Assembly (NCBI GenBank): GCA_964016885.1
Contig: OZ024742.1
Location: forward strand, 201,190,001-201,254,000
Direction: 5' to 3'
Length of the DNA stretch: 64,000 nucleotides
Source: Eledone cirrhosa
Lineage: Eukaryota
A program made the translations under genes and the position numbers. Positions 43,951-59,432 of the stretch are shown here, piece after piece. Every line of letters starts with the position of its first letter. The stretch's first letter is position 1. The notes under the pieces are model-generated. The model was not told the origin of the DNA, searched no databases, and was given only the letters and a program-made list of their open reading frames with translations.

Positions 43951-46900
43951 TGCCGGAACGTGTGTTGCTAGATGGGCTTATATACATAAACATTTCGGTC
44001 GAGGGTAGGCAGCCCTCATGTTACCACTGCTCAAACAGGGGTCACCTGAGAGCTTCCTGTCCTCGGCTAACTAGCCAAAAAAGGCACTATTGCCAACACC
44101 TGCAACACCAGCACAACAATCACCACTACCACCACCACCACAACAACAACAACAACATAAAAAAATAATGACAACAAAACAAACGACAAACACAGTCCCA
44201 CCCAACCCCTCCCCACCTAAAACAACTCCAGAAACACCCACACACATAACAGCTCCCCAAAACGTACCCCTCCCCAACAACACGGATGAGGCCTCATCAT
44301 CGTCACCCAGTGACGATGAGGGAGAGCCTTTCCGACCAGTAAAAAAAAAAAAAGAAAAGACACAACACAAACAAAAATGCAACAAACACAAAAACACCAA
44401 CACAAGCGACGCAAACAGCACAAACAAATACACCCCCTCCTGAAAACAAAACACCTACTACAAAACGTAAACCCACACAAGAACCACAGAAAAAAAGCAA
44501 CACAACAAAAATGTTACACCTACATAAATACTAACAATAAAACTTTAAGAGACACCAGATATAAAAACCCTTCGGTGGAGACCGAAGGAAAAACTTTTGC
44601 ACACTCTTCGGAGAATCCTAATCTTAAAATGATTAGGACCTCCATGGACACACATAAACAGTTAAAAGAAAAATTTCCTAACGACGTAGGTAACCCCTAC
44701 GTCAAACCCTACAATTGAGTCCTGTTAAAATGTTTCCCTACCCCCACCCCCATCCTACCAGACACCCCCTCCCCACCAAACATCTCTGTCCCCACCCTCC
44801 AGAGACCACCACCCCACATAACAACCCCTCCAACACCCCAATGGAAATTGTGCAGCCTGGTCCCCGGGAGACGAAGAGGTGAGTGATTTCTTTTCCTCTT
44901 CTGTTAACTTTTCAGCACCAACACGGCCAATATAAGAGTTGGATGTGTGAATGTACGGGGCCTGGGGATGCCCTGGAAACAGGGCAAACTCTTAAACGAC
45001 CTCAGGTCGCACAGCATGGATGTAGTAGCCATTTGCGAGTCCAGGATCCACAGCGAGCGACAACTGGCCCCCATCTTCGACGACTTTGAGATCTACGCAT
45101 CTCTCTGTCAACCGGAAGGTGGGGGTGGGGTTGCCGTTTTGCTGCGGAAACACCTGGACCTCGTAACACAGATGTTAAATCTGGACCCGGAGGGTCGACT
45201 AGTGGTCCTAGACGTTGACGGTAGTGAAGGTGGAGCCTTCAGGCTGGCGGCCGCATATGCCCCATCCGGGACACCGCGGCCAGACTTCTTCAAATGTCTA
45301 GAGACTTTTCTGGGAACGTCGCGCTCCCTGCTGTTAGTGGGGACTGGAATGGAATCCTAGATGCACGTTGGGACTATGTGGGAGCATGTCCCGATAGAAG
45401 GGGGTGTAAGAGCCTCAAACAGTTAATCGGCCGATTTGACCTGGCCGATAGGCATCGACTAGATTTTCCGACTTTGCCACTGTGGACGTGGACTAATCGT
45501 GGCGGAACATCTAGATCGGGTTCTAGTTAGAAAGAAGGATAGGGACATGTTAAGCTGTCCACAAATGTTCATGGTTGCCTATTCAGATCACAAATTAGTG
45601 ACCTTCTTAGTCAACCTTGACAAAACCCATAGACAGGGACCCAGCTAATGGAAGCTGAACTTGTCGTTACCGACATGCAAAGCCTATAGTAGACGGATTA
45701 GCACTTTAGTTAAGCAGCACTTGACGGTGGCCATTGTCAACAACAGATCGTGGTACTCTCTCAAGAGGGCAGTTAGATTAGACTCGATAGGTTTTAGTAA
45801 AGAATTAGTGTTAGATAGAAATAAGACCGAAAAGGAACTGGTAGATAAAGTAGAAAGGCACTTAGGAGTGGCAACGTGGCCAGCGTGCTAGCGACGAAAA
45901 CGGCCTTGGACCAGCTCTTCGACGCAAAGCATGAAGGTTGCGTTGTCAGAAGCAAAATACGTGCTCTTGGAAACGAGGGAGCCAAAGCTGTTAGCTGCGC
46001 CCGAGTGACGGAGACGAAAAGTGGCAACAAGTCCAAGATTCGGTCTTTGAAGGACCAAGACGGACGCGTGATACGTGAGCCGAAGCAAATGGGCGCGGCC
46101 TTTCAGCGGCACTTTTCTCAACTGTTCAGGCAGGGCGGCGCGCCGGGAGGGGCTATGGATTTCGGTTCATACCTCGACGGACTACAGCGATTCTCGGACA
46201 GCGAAGCGAAGTTCTGCGAAAGCCGATTTCGGCCGCTGAGATAGGGGACGCGCTGAGCCAATGCGGCAAACGCAAATCTCCAGGTCTCGACGGTCATCCC
46301 TACCAATTTTACGTAGCAATGCCGGACTTATTCTCCGATCTACTGGAAGCGGTCTACTGCAACTGGCAGCAGAACGGGAGAATTCCCAGTTCTGTGACCA
46401 AGGGCATAATCACGTTAGTCAGGAAGTACGAGAAAAAGGGGGATGACATAGGCAACTTCCGGCCCATAATTCTGCTCAACATAGAGTTACAGATTTTGGC
46501 CAAGGTGTTGGCAAAGAGGCTGGCACTTGTCGTCGAAAACCTGGTGGGAGAAGCGCAGATATGCGCAATCCCGACCAGGTCCATACACAACAACCTCCAC
46601 CACATGCGATACATCATAGAGAGGGTAGGGTGTAAACCCGGCTTCGGTGGGGCCTTAATCAACTTGGATCACTCTAACGCTTTCGATAGGGTTGACCATC
46701 GTTGCCTGGATGCGGTGATCGAGGCGGCAGGCTTCGGTCTCGTGTTCAGGGGCTGGATTGCTGCAATGCACAACAGCAACAACTGCACAGGGGTCAAGGT
46801 GAACGGCTACCTCTTGGAGCCGTTCCATATCACTCGATCCACCCGACAGGGCTGCCCTCTCTCCTCCCTTCTGTATGTACTGACTCTCGAGCCACTACTG

Positions 46901-48505
46901 CGGAAGTTGGAGCTATTGCAGGGCATCCCTTTGGAACCGGGACTGCGAAAAGCAGCGTCGGCCTACGCCGACGACGTGACAGTAATGGTGTCGAGCACCT
47001 CGCATATCGGGGAGATCGGCACCTTACTGGAGGAATACGAAATTTTCACAGGACCGAAGCTGAACCGGGAGAAATCCGTCGGTTTGCAACTCGGAACGTG
47101 GAGAGGCAAACCGATGCCTTCCGATGACGTCGCCGGACGCTGGACCGAAGGACCGGTAAAGCTGCTCGGGGACTGGTTTGGTCCTGACCTCCAGGTGGAG
47201 AAGAACTAGAACGAGGTGACGGCCAAGGTGTTTGCGCTCACCCAGAAGTGGGCCGAGTGCAAATTATCCTTGAAAGGTCGAGTGGCGAAAGGTGGCGAAC
47301 ACTTTTATAGCGTCCGTCATCTACTACCACTTGACCGTCGTGCCTTGTCCAGCCAAAACGCTCATCAAAATGGAGCGCGCGCTCTTCCGATTCCTTTGGA
47401 AGAAACGGGCTCCTTTGGTGAGCAGATCCATCTGCTGCCAACACCCTTCAAACGGAGGGCTGGGGTTGCCGTGGCTGACGATGCGCAAACACGCTCTCAG
47501 GCTGTGGCACCTCCACGTATTCCTCACCAGACAACCGGTGTGGGCGCACACAGTCCTCTGGCAAACGGACCCGGCGATCAGTGGAGACTCCACTTCGACA
47601 TTCTATAGAGTGTTGGTCCGCAGCAAGTGCGACGACACGCTCGGAGAAACTCTAGGCGTAGAGGAGGACGAACTGGCCAGTCTGTTCGGCAGGATCTTCC
47701 GCCCGGGACCAATGGACAACTTCCAGAAGTCCCTGGCCTGGCAGTGCTACCGAGGAGCTCTACCAGTTCGAGACCATCTCTACAGACACGGGCGCCCGGG
47801 TAGGGACCCTTCGAAAAAGATCTGTCCGAGATGCGTGCGTGACGAGGAAACCGTCGCGCACGCATTTGTACACTGCCCGGGCTTTACCGACCTGTGGGGC
47901 TATGTAGAACGACTATTGTCGCGGGTGGGATCAATCCAGTTGACCACCGAGTCAAACCGCCACCCTCCTTCAAAAACGATGGAGAGGCGGTTTTCCTATG
48001 TGTTATGGCTATGGTGTAAGAGGTTATATGGTGGACGGGGTTAAAAGGGCTGAGGTCAGATACCTTTCTCTCCGGCGAACAACTGATTCGTTTTTTCAAA
48101 TATCATTTTGGAGGAAGAATCAGGATGGAGAGAGAGGTGCTGTACCCCAGCAAATTTTATAAAAGGTGGGTGAATGTGGCAAAGATGGCCCGAGTGGTTG
48201 GAGCTTCTCTCTATATAAGCCTGTATGTTGAGGAAAAAGCGGAAGAGATGAAGGGAGTACTCACTTTTGGTGCTGCTGGAGATGAGGGTTGTACATTTTT
48301 TCGGGGTGTGTACAACCCCTGTGTAACACCTCCCCCCTATTGGGGATTTCAATTGTTATTTGTTATTGTATTATTATATCTGTTATTTGTTATTGTATTA
48401 TTATATAGTTTTATTTTCATATACCTGTATGTAAACTCCCCATTTGTATTTGTCGCCTTCTTTTGTGCCCTTGTGGTTAATAAAGAAATTTATCTATATA
48501 TCTAT
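43951..48505 (+). mobile_element. Tx1/L1-clade non-LTR retrotransposon copy 1, 5'-truncated
   Basis: ORF1 zinc knuckle CYHCSNRGHLRASC; ORF2 APE, RT and C-terminal CCHC; (TATC)-like tail. Confidence 0.9.
44923..48350 (+). pseudogene. Tx1 ORF2 (AP endonuclease plus reverse transcriptase), disrupted
   Basis: NVRGL, AICES, GGVAVL, AYAP, GDWN, SDH, PGLDG, NFRPIILLN, LDHSNAFDRVDH, RQGCPLS, YADD, GGLG, CPRC..ETVAHAFVHC. Confidence 0.9.
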
Positions 48506-51500
48506 TAGACAAAGGTGGGCGGGTACTGATTTGGAGATTCTCATTCAAATAAGGCCGGAGAGAATCTCCAAAATACCCGAAAAAGTCGTCATTGACGACA
48601 ACAACAAAATAAACATTATGGTGGAGGGTCGGAAACTAAATTGCTTTCGCTGTGGTAGCACAGCACACCTAAAGGCCTCCTGTCCTTCACAAACACACCA
48701 CAACAACATCATTAAAAAAACACTATTACCAACACCAACACCAGAACAACCACCACCACAAGTACAACAACAGACGAAACGAGCAAACACACCAAAACAA
48801 ACAGTCACTCAACCAGCAACGACAGAAAAAACACAGAGAACTCCCCTGAAGAACACAGCCCCACCTCATCCCACTCCATCAAACACTACCACAAACACAC
48901 TCACCGAAACACCACCACCACACAACAAGCCCCTACCCCACACTCCTGACGATGATTATTCTTCGACAGATGCGGCTGCTTCCCCTTCTTTAAGTGAAGA
49001 AGAAGGAGAGCCTCGGAAATCTAAAAAACAAAAAGAGACACCACAAAACCCTCAAAACTCCAATCACCAACACACAACCACAGACACAAACAACAACCCA
49101 AACAACACCACAGTCAAACATACCCCTACCAGCAAAACCAACACCAACACAAACCCAAACATAAGCACCCACCATAAAAAGAAAACTCCCAGACGAACAA
49201 CACACTAAAACAACATAACAAAAAACACAAACACAAACAACAATACGCATACATCAACACAAACAATAAGAGTTTGATGGAGGTCATTTCCCCAAACCCC
49301 AAGGTGGAGACGTAGGGCAAATCTTTCGTCAAAACAGAATCGTCTCCACACCTTAAACGTATAAGGGTTTGTATGGAGACCTATAGTTACCTGAAAAATA
49401 AATTTTCGCAAGACGTGGGCAACCCCTGCCAGAAACCCATCGACCGCGTCCTGTTAAAATGTTTCCCCACCCCACCCAACACCCCATCCAGCACCCAAAT
49501 GGAGATTGAACAACCCGATCTCCAAGAAACGAAAAGGCAAGTGCACCTTTTCGTCCTTTTTCTCCAACACTTCTTCCCCAACATGGCTAGTTTACGAGTT
49601 GGAAGCGTGATCGTGCGTGGCCTAGGGATGCCCTGGAAACAGGGCCAACTTTAAACGACCTTAAGTCACACGGTATGGATGTGATAGCCATCACCGAGTC
49701 CAGGATCCACAACAAGCAGCAACTAACCCCCATCTTCGACGACTTTGAGATTTACGCATCTCTCTGTCAGCCAGGAGGTGGAGGTGTAGTGGCTGTCATG
49801 TTTCGGAAGAACCTGGACGTCGAAGTACAGCAAGTACACTTGGACTCGGAGGGTAGACTGGTAGTCCTAGACGTGAACAGTATTGGAGGTGGAGCCTTCA
49901 GACTGGTGGCCGTTTATGCCCCGACCGGGCAATCGCAATCACGGCCAGACTTCTTTAAGCGTCTAGAGTCTTTTCTGGAAACGTCTCGTTCCTTACTTTT
50001 AGTGGGGGACTGGAATGGTATCCTAGATGCACGATGGGACTATGTGGGAGCATGTCCCAGTAGAGCGGGGTGCAACAGCCTCAAAACTTTAATCGGCCAA
50101 TTCCAACTGGCCGATAGGTATCGACTGGATTTCCCGACTGCACCATAGTGGACGTGGGCAAACCGCAGTGGGACATCTAGATCGTATTTAGATAGGTTCT
50201 TCATTAGAGAAAGGGACAAGGAGATGTTAATCTGTCCACGAATGCACATGGTTGCCTATTCAGATCAGAAGTTAGTCGTCTGCTTACTCAACCGTGATAG
50301 AATACATAGACAGGGACCCGGATATTGGAGGCTGAACGTGTCGTTGCCGGCACGTAAAGCTTACAGTGAACGGATAAGTAGACTAGTAAAACAACAGTTA
50401 ACGGGAGCCATCGTCAACAATAGATGGTGGTACTCTCTCAAGACCTCATGCGATACATCATAGTGGCTAGTGAACCCGGCTTCGGTGGGTCTCTGATCAA
50501 CTTGGATTAGTATAAGGCATTCGGTAGGGTCGACCATCGATACTTGGAAGCGGTTCTCAAGGTGGCCGGTTTCGGTCCCGTGTTCAGAGGATGGATCGAG
50601 GCGATGCACACCGGCATCTGCTCGAGGGTCAAAGTGAACGGCTACCTATCGGAGCCGTTCGCAATCACGCGTTCCATTCGACAGGGGTGCCCTCTCTCCT
50701 CCATTCTGTATGTATTGACTCTAGAGCCACTACTGCTGAAATTGGAGCTGTTGCAGGGCATCCCTCTAGAACCGGGACTGCCCAAAGCGGCGTCGGCTTA
50801 TGCCGACGACAAGACGGTAATGTTGTCGAGCACCTCGAAAATCGGGGTGATCGGTAACTTACTGAAAGAATGCGAAACGCTGACGGGAGCAGAACTAAAC
50901 CCGGACAAGTCTGTTGGTTTGCAACTCGGTACGTGGAGAGGCAAACCGATGACGTCCGACAGCGTCGTTGGACGTTGACGGACGGACCGTCGAAATTGCT
51001 CGGGGTCTGGTTCGGTCCAGACATCCAGGTGGAGAAAAACAGGAACGAGGTCACAGCCAAGGTGTTTGCACTCACCCAGAAGTGGGCAGAGTGCAAACTG
51101 TCCTTGAAAGGGCGTGCGATGGTGGCGAACACATTCATAGCGTCCGTCATCTACTACCGCTTGACTGCCGTGCCTTGTCCCCGTGAACACCTCGCCAAGA
51201 TGGAACGCATGCTCTTCTAGTTTCTGTGGAAGAAACAGGCTCCGCTGGTGTGGAGATTCGTCTGCTGTCAGCACCCTTCCAACGGAGGGCTGGCAATGCC
51301 GTGGATGATGATCCGCAAACATGCGCTGAGGCTACGGCATATCCAGGTATTCCTCAGCGACCCCAACCGGTGTTTGCGAGACAGGCTTTCCCACAGCTCG
51401 TCTCGCTGACGGAGTTGCAGTCCTGGGTCAAGAAAAGACCGAAAACGATGGTCGCCTGGCACATTGAATGCGTTCAGGCGCTCACAGTCCTCTGGCAAGC

Positions 51501-52428
51501 GGGCGCAGCAATCAGTGGAGACTCCACTTCGACATTCTCTAGAGGGATTGTACGTTACAAGGGCGACGACGTGCTCGGAGAGACTCTGGGCGTCGAAGAC
51601 GATGAGCTCACCAGTCTGTTTGGTAGGAGTTTCCGCCCGGGACCTATCGACAACTTCCAGAGGTCCCTGGTCTGGCAGTGCTGCCGAGGAGCTCTACCGG
51701 TTCGTGACAAGATCTACAGGCACGGACGCCCCGGCAGGGATCCTTCCAAGAGGACGTGTCCAAGATGTGCGCAGGACATTGAAACAGTCCTGCACGCAAT
51801 TATACACTGCCCTGGCGTAACCGACCTGTCGAACTATGCAGAACAACTGCTGTCGCGTATGGGACAAATCCTGTTGACTGCCGAGTCCATAGTAAGGATC
51901 AAAGCGCCAGCCTCTTTCAAAAACGAAAGAGAGGCGGTTTTTCTCTGTACGGTGGCTATGGTGAAAGAAGTTATATGGTCGACGAGGTTGAGAGGACTGA
52001 GGACAGATGCCTTTCTCTCCGGACAACAATTGATTCCCTTCTTTAAGTATCACTTTAGAAGGAGAATCAGGGTGGAGGGAGAGGCACTCTACCCCAGTAA
52101 ATTTGCTGAAAGGTGGGTAAATGAAGCGAAAATGGCCCGAGTGATTGGGCCTTCTCTGTTTGAAGAAGAGAGCAAAAGGAAGAAAGGAGCACTTGCACAA
52201 CACGCTCCTGGAGTTGAAGGTTGTTCTATCGACAGGGTATTGAACAACCCATTTGTGGCGCCTCTCCCCTATTGGGGATTTCGATTGTTGTAATTGTTTG
52301 TTTTTATATTTTTTACACGACTGTATGTAAAATCTCCGGCATGTCTTTGTATTGTCCCCTTTTCTTGAGCCCCCTTGTGGCTAAGAAAGAAATATATCTT
52401 TATATCTATCTATATCTATCTATCTATC
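48506..52428 (+). mobile_element. Tx1/L1-clade retrotransposon copy 2, 5'-truncated, internal deletion at ~50442
   Basis: CFRCGSTAHLKASC; ORF2 from ATG 49583; jumps from WWYSLK directly to LMRYII; (TATC)n tail. Confidence 0.9.
49583..52293 (+). pseudogene. Tx1 ORF2, disrupted and internally deleted
   Basis: APE motifs, RQGCPLS, YADD, CPRC..ETVLHAIIHC. Confidence 0.88.
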
Positions 52429-52458
52429 TTTCTCTCTCTCTCTCTCTTTCTCACACTC

Positions 52459-52614
<156 letters not shown>

Positions 52615-52629
52615 TATATATATATATAG

Positions 52630-53170
52630 TAGAATAATCGAGTATCGAAAAATCGGCGCACGAGTTCACGATAAACAAAATTCGAGATGAGCGGCAGAGG
52701 GCTCTATAATTCAAATAAATTAGAGCTATAACTATCGTTAAATACCGTCACACGTAGAATATGTCTACAATCAACCAAATAACCGACAAGTTCGATATGG
52801 AAGATTCGGGACACTCAGATAAATTATCAATAAATCAATAAATGAAATGAATGTAAAATGCATACCCGGACCCACTAGAGAGATGGAATATCTAGCTTCT
52901 TGGGTTTCTGTAAATCCTTAAACCGTCATCTATCAGCTCATATAAAAATATAAGACTTACAGATAGCGGGGGACTGGAGTTACTTTATCAACGAGCTTCG
53001 TCCGAATGGATGGAAAGACAAGACCCAGGCTAAAAATACGCACATGGATTTCAGCAAGGGAGATAACCTTTATATCCGCAAAAATATTCGGAAAAGTGTG
53101 GCAAAAACACATATCGAATAAGAGTGCTCAATAGACATGTTAAAATAAACAGGGGCTATTCATCATTTAA
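52630..53170 (+). repeat. Non-coding interspersed repeat distantly homologous to the reverse complement of 10600-11050
   Basis: Collinear blocks gtttctgt, aaaaatataag, ttatcaac, caaggg..ataacc, atcgaataag..ctcaa. Confidence 0.5.
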
Positions 53171-53262
53171 TAGAATCGACAAAATATATATATCATAAAT
53201 CATGTCCTTAGAATTATTAGATAAAATATATACTATTTCCTCTTCTAATTAGCATAATTAAC

Positions 53263-53313
<51 letters not shown>

Positions 53314-54224
53314 CGAATAGTACAAAAACAAAATAAAAGCGTAAAAAAAAATTCGGATTAAAATTTGAATAATTATTCAGTGGAACAATATGGTTGTCAT
53401 ACGGTATTCTTGAAGGCGTTGACATTTCAGTCAGTTCTCTCCAGTGCTCAAGAAATGGAAATCCCATTCACACACAGTCATACAAACAAATACGCATACA
53501 TTTATATATATACATGAGATGTGCATGTGTGTGCGTGTACATGCGTTTGCACTATATATATGTACACACACACACGCATATACACACACGCACACGCACA
53601 CACATGCATATATGTATATATATATATATATATATATACATATGCATGTGTGTGTGTGCGCGTACATGCGTTTGCACACTATATATATATACACACACAC
53701 ATCTCATGTATATATAAAAATGTATATATATGTATATATATATATCATTGTCTCCGGCTGTTGTCTCCAATCATTTACACATCAAATATTGAGCTGTTTG
53801 ATACTGGTGTCCTTGTTCTCTGTATCAAACAACGAACCGTATACTTACACACATACATACATACATACATACATACATACATACATACATACATACATAC
53901 ATACATACATACATACATACATACATACACACACACAAACACACATATATATATATTTATATGTGTGATATATATATGTGTGAGTGATATATATATATTC
54001 ATATATATGTCATATATATGTATGTTTGTGTGTGTGTGTGTATATATTTATGTCTGTGTGTCTGTACACGTACATATATACATAGAAATGGAGAGAGGGC
54101 AGAATTGGATGTAGAGATGTGGGGGCGGGGGTGGGGTAGCGGAGGGAAAAGAAGGCTTGGGAGGGATAAGTGATCCCAATCATGCCAGCTGTGTAGCGGT
54201 CCGTCCATCTAAATAACCGTCTGA

Positions 54225-54700
54225 CTATCCAGCCAGCCTATCATACAACAAGCTCACCATCAACCAGCCAACCAGCCAACCAGCCAACTAGCCTATCAAT
54301 CAACCATCAGACCAGCCAGCCAGTCAATCAGCTATTCAGCCAACGAATCGATCAACCTACAATCCAACCAACAAGCCAGGCAGCCATCCAGCGAGCCACA
54401 TAACCATTGAACCGTCCAGCCAACCAACCATCCAGTGAGCCACTCAAACATTGCGCCAACTATCCAAAATGCCAACCAGCTAACCAGCCATCGAACCAAC
54501 CAGCCAACCAGCCAGTGATCCACCCAACCAGACACCCAGCCAACCAGACAACCAGCCAACCAGCCAGTGATCCACCCAACAATTGAACCACCCCAGCCAA
54601 CCAGCCAACCAGCCAACCAGCCAGTGATCCACCCAACAATTGAACCATCCAGCCAACCAGCCAACCAGTCAACCAGTCAACCAGCCAATCAACCATTTCT
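54225..54700. repeat. Degenerate (CCAG/CCAA)n minisatellite
   Basis: Direct reading; source of the WLVG ORFs. Confidence 0.9.
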
Positions 54701-54893
54701 AGCAATAGCTGATGACAAGAGACAACTAAACGATAGAAAGTGGAAGAGAGAGAGAGAGAGAGGGGGAGGGAGAGAGAGGGAGCGAGAGAGAGCGAGAGAG
54801 AGAAACAGATACAAAGATAGAAAGAGATAGGTAGAATGAGAGATAGTGGGGAGGGGAGAGGGGAGAGAGAGAAATAGAGAAAGAGATAAGTAC

Positions 54894-54944
<51 letters not shown>

Positions 54945-55417
54945 GTTAACGAAAAAGAGAGTGAGAGAGAATTCAGGGAAATCTACTGATAACGTCTATG
55001 TAGCAAATCTGTTAATCCCTAGCTACTTTTCACAGGCAGTAAACATCTCCTCAATCTGAATGCCTCCTAATAGATAATCGATACAGATTAAGACGATAAC
55101 CGGCAAAGGAGTTTAATCACGTAGTAAGCTGTTTTTGAATTTTCAAAATCGATAGACTGAGAAAAAACAAAGCAAATTAGCGCCGTATATATATGTATGC
55201 ATATGTGTACTTATACACATGTATTTATATGTTTGTTTATTTGTGTGTGTATGCACATTTTGTATGTATGTATGTTTAAAAATCTATACACATGTACTCA
55301 CACAACCACACACTTATATATACATATATTAATCTCTCTCTCTCTATATATATATGTATATATATATATAAATAAGTTTTGCGAGGTTTTTTATATGAAA
55401 TCGTGTGTCGAAACAGA

Positions 55418-55928
55418 TATTGTTATATTTGGGGAGGGTCATATTTGCGTAATATTGCCAGAATTAATAACAGAACACACTCACTGTTTGGTTGGTTTTC
55501 GCTTCTCGCTGTCTTTTATATATATATATCTGCGATCTAACTTACTCGGTCCTCAATGTTGCCATTGACTGACCGGCGGTCAAAAATAAAATAATACAGA
55601 TACAATATAGACAAACACATATATATATAGTTTACATAGACAAACACATATATATATAGTTTACATAAATCTTTCGTTGCACATCTGCAACATCGTCAGT
55701 GGTGTTATATTCATTGTTCCTCCTGTTGTGTTGTATGTCTACGCCATTTTTTTTGTTCAGTCCGTCTATGGTCAGTCAATGGCAACATTGAGGACCGAGT
55801 AAGTTAGATCGCAGATATATATATATAAAAGACAGCGAGAAGCGAAAACCAACCAAACAGTGAGTGTGTTCTGTTATTAATTCTGGCAATATTACGCAAA
55901 TATGACCCTCCCCAAATATAACAATATA
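55418..55928. mobile_element. Fold-back of the pLTR of the 31.5-35.1 kb PLE family with HHR-like motif (55663-55705, -)
   Basis: 55418-55575 is the reverse complement of 55770-55928; strong match to 34800-35103. Confidence 0.85.
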
Positions 55929-56023
55929 TATAAATACATAAATACATATTTATGTATATGTATTGATATTTATGTATTCATGTATATATATTTATGTGTG
56001 TATAAATATATCATGATCATCGT

Positions 56024-56060
<37 letters not shown>

Positions 56061-56099
56061 GTCTGATAACTGACTATTCATGTGTATATGTGTGTGTTA

Positions 56100-56152
<53 letters not shown>

Positions 56153-56419
56153 CAACACCTTGTGTGTCATTGTGTTTAAGCTGTCGGTGTGTATGTATGT
56201 CAGACTTTGCCAACTTCACATGAGGTCCAACCAAAACAAGATAAACCACCGTCCACTAGAGATAAATTTAGCAACTTAGTTCACAAATTCTCTCCCTTTG
56301 TCTCACTCGCGTGTTTCAAATTCCATTCATTCTCATTTTCAGCAATTCGTTTATTTTTTATTCATTTTCTTTTAACTTAAATTATACTTTTATTCTGACC
56401 GTGTCATATAATAATTGTT

Positions 56420-56592
56420 TCTACTTTTGGCACAAGGCCAGCAATTACCCAGTACATTACATTTTATCGACCCCGTAAGGATGAAAAGGCAAAGTTAACC
56501 TCAGCGGTAATTGAATTCAGACCGTAAAGGGTAGTAACTTTACGCAGGAAAGCATGGCGTCCGACCCTCTACCGATACTGCCAATGCACCAT
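56420..56592 (-). mobile_element. Nin/Deu-type tRNA SINE
   Basis: attttatcgaccccgtaaggatgaaaaggcaaagttaacctcagcgg motif. Confidence 0.7.
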
Positions 56593-56639
56593 AATAATAC
56601 AATGAGTAAATATCCATAACTACAACGATCACTATTGTA

Positions 56640-57470
<831 letters not shown>

Positions 57471-57928
57471 TTAGTACCCAGACCAATCTTGATCAAGTAG
57501 TTCTGTGAACTCGTAAGTCAACTACAACACCTCGTAAAAAATTGAAACCTCCCACCCCTCAATATATAAACTAAGATACAAAAGTTATAACGTACCAGAG
57601 TACAAATATATAGGTTGCGAGTACCACATTCAGAAGAATGTTTATGGTGTGATTTGAATGAGGTTTGTCTGCTTCTGATTTCAAGCTAAGACATCACCTA
57701 AGGTTGGACTACATAAACATATTCATTTTATGCCCCATTATGACATTCCATGCGCATTTTCCGTAATTTTCTTGATCTCCACCTTATACACACACAAACA
57801 TACACGCACATACATAATACATATACACATACTCACACACACACACGCGCGCGGATGCATACATAATACATATACACATACTCTCACACATATATACAAA
57901 GGAAAGACACAAAAATAAAAAAAACATA

Positions 57929-57971
57929 GTCACTGAGGAGGTCGCAGAATGTGTGACGAAAGAGCTTTGAC
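57929..57971 (+). ncRNA. Minimal type-I hammerhead ribozyme
   Basis: gtca-CTGAGGA-g gtcgca gaatg tgtgac-GAAA-gag-CTT-tgac; followed by the atgaccctcccaaa.tataacaa end motif. Confidence 0.7.
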
Positions 57972-58169
57972 AATATATAAACAACCTTCCGGTTATCGAA
58001 CCTACGAACCGACCAACCGTTGAAGACAGCAGGTGCGTGTGTTTTTTATAGCCAGCATGACCCTCCCAAAGTATAACAATATCAGTTTACGATTTCACGT
58101 TTTCAGATAAGAAATCTTGCAAAAAAAAATTCAAAAACGGAGTATATATAAATATATATATATACACAC

Positions 58170-58680
<511 letters not shown>

Positions 58681-59432
58681 ACATACATACACACACACAT
58701 ATATATATATTTATATTTCTCGCTCTAATTTTATTCATATGTATCTCATTTGCAACAACGCAGCACGTATTTTTCATTTATATTTTTCCCTCCGCTGTGA
58801 CCAGTCTGTTTCTTTCTTACTGCTATCTCCTTCTCTCCCCCTCTATCTCTCACCTTCATTTCACCCCCTCTGCCAGTCACTCTCTCTCAGCTGGCCTCTT
58901 CCTTACACTTTCACTCACTCACTCTCTGCTACTCCTCCTCTCTCATTTCCTCCCGTCAGACCTGTGTGAAATCCTTTTCTCGCTTACATCTCACATGGCT
59001 CGGACGTGTCTGTGTCTCTCCTCGCCCATGATTCGCCGTACTTAAGTTCACAGATATCACGGACTTGTTTCTCTTCTTCCTCTGTTTCTGTTGCATTACC
59101 ATCTCTGTTTGTTTACATGTGTCGCTCGCTTCACTCTATTCTACGTGCCCCAATAACTTTTTTTTAGTTATTGCTCGCACCAGCCAGAGGTATATGATCT
59201 TTAATGCGAAGAAATACCAATGACGGCTGGAAGATCACTGATGAAGGACGCCTTCTCGCTCTAATTTTATTCATATGTATCCCATTTGCAACAACGCAGC
59301 ATTTTTCATACATATATATATATACATATATATATATATATGTATGTATATATATAATTGTTGTTGGATGCTTAAAGCGTCGGTATGCGGTAGGCCGTAT
59401 GAGCACTCGATGCCCTCATAGAGAAGAGTATG

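Noticed and set aside
44879-44915. GTGAGT...TTTTCAG mini-intron between Tx1 ORF1 and ORF2
   Set aside because: Only 37 nt, and the acceptor is not conserved in the second copy
54225-54705. Trp/Gly-rich membrane protein ORFs
   Set aside because: Translation of a (CCAG/CCAA)n minisatellite
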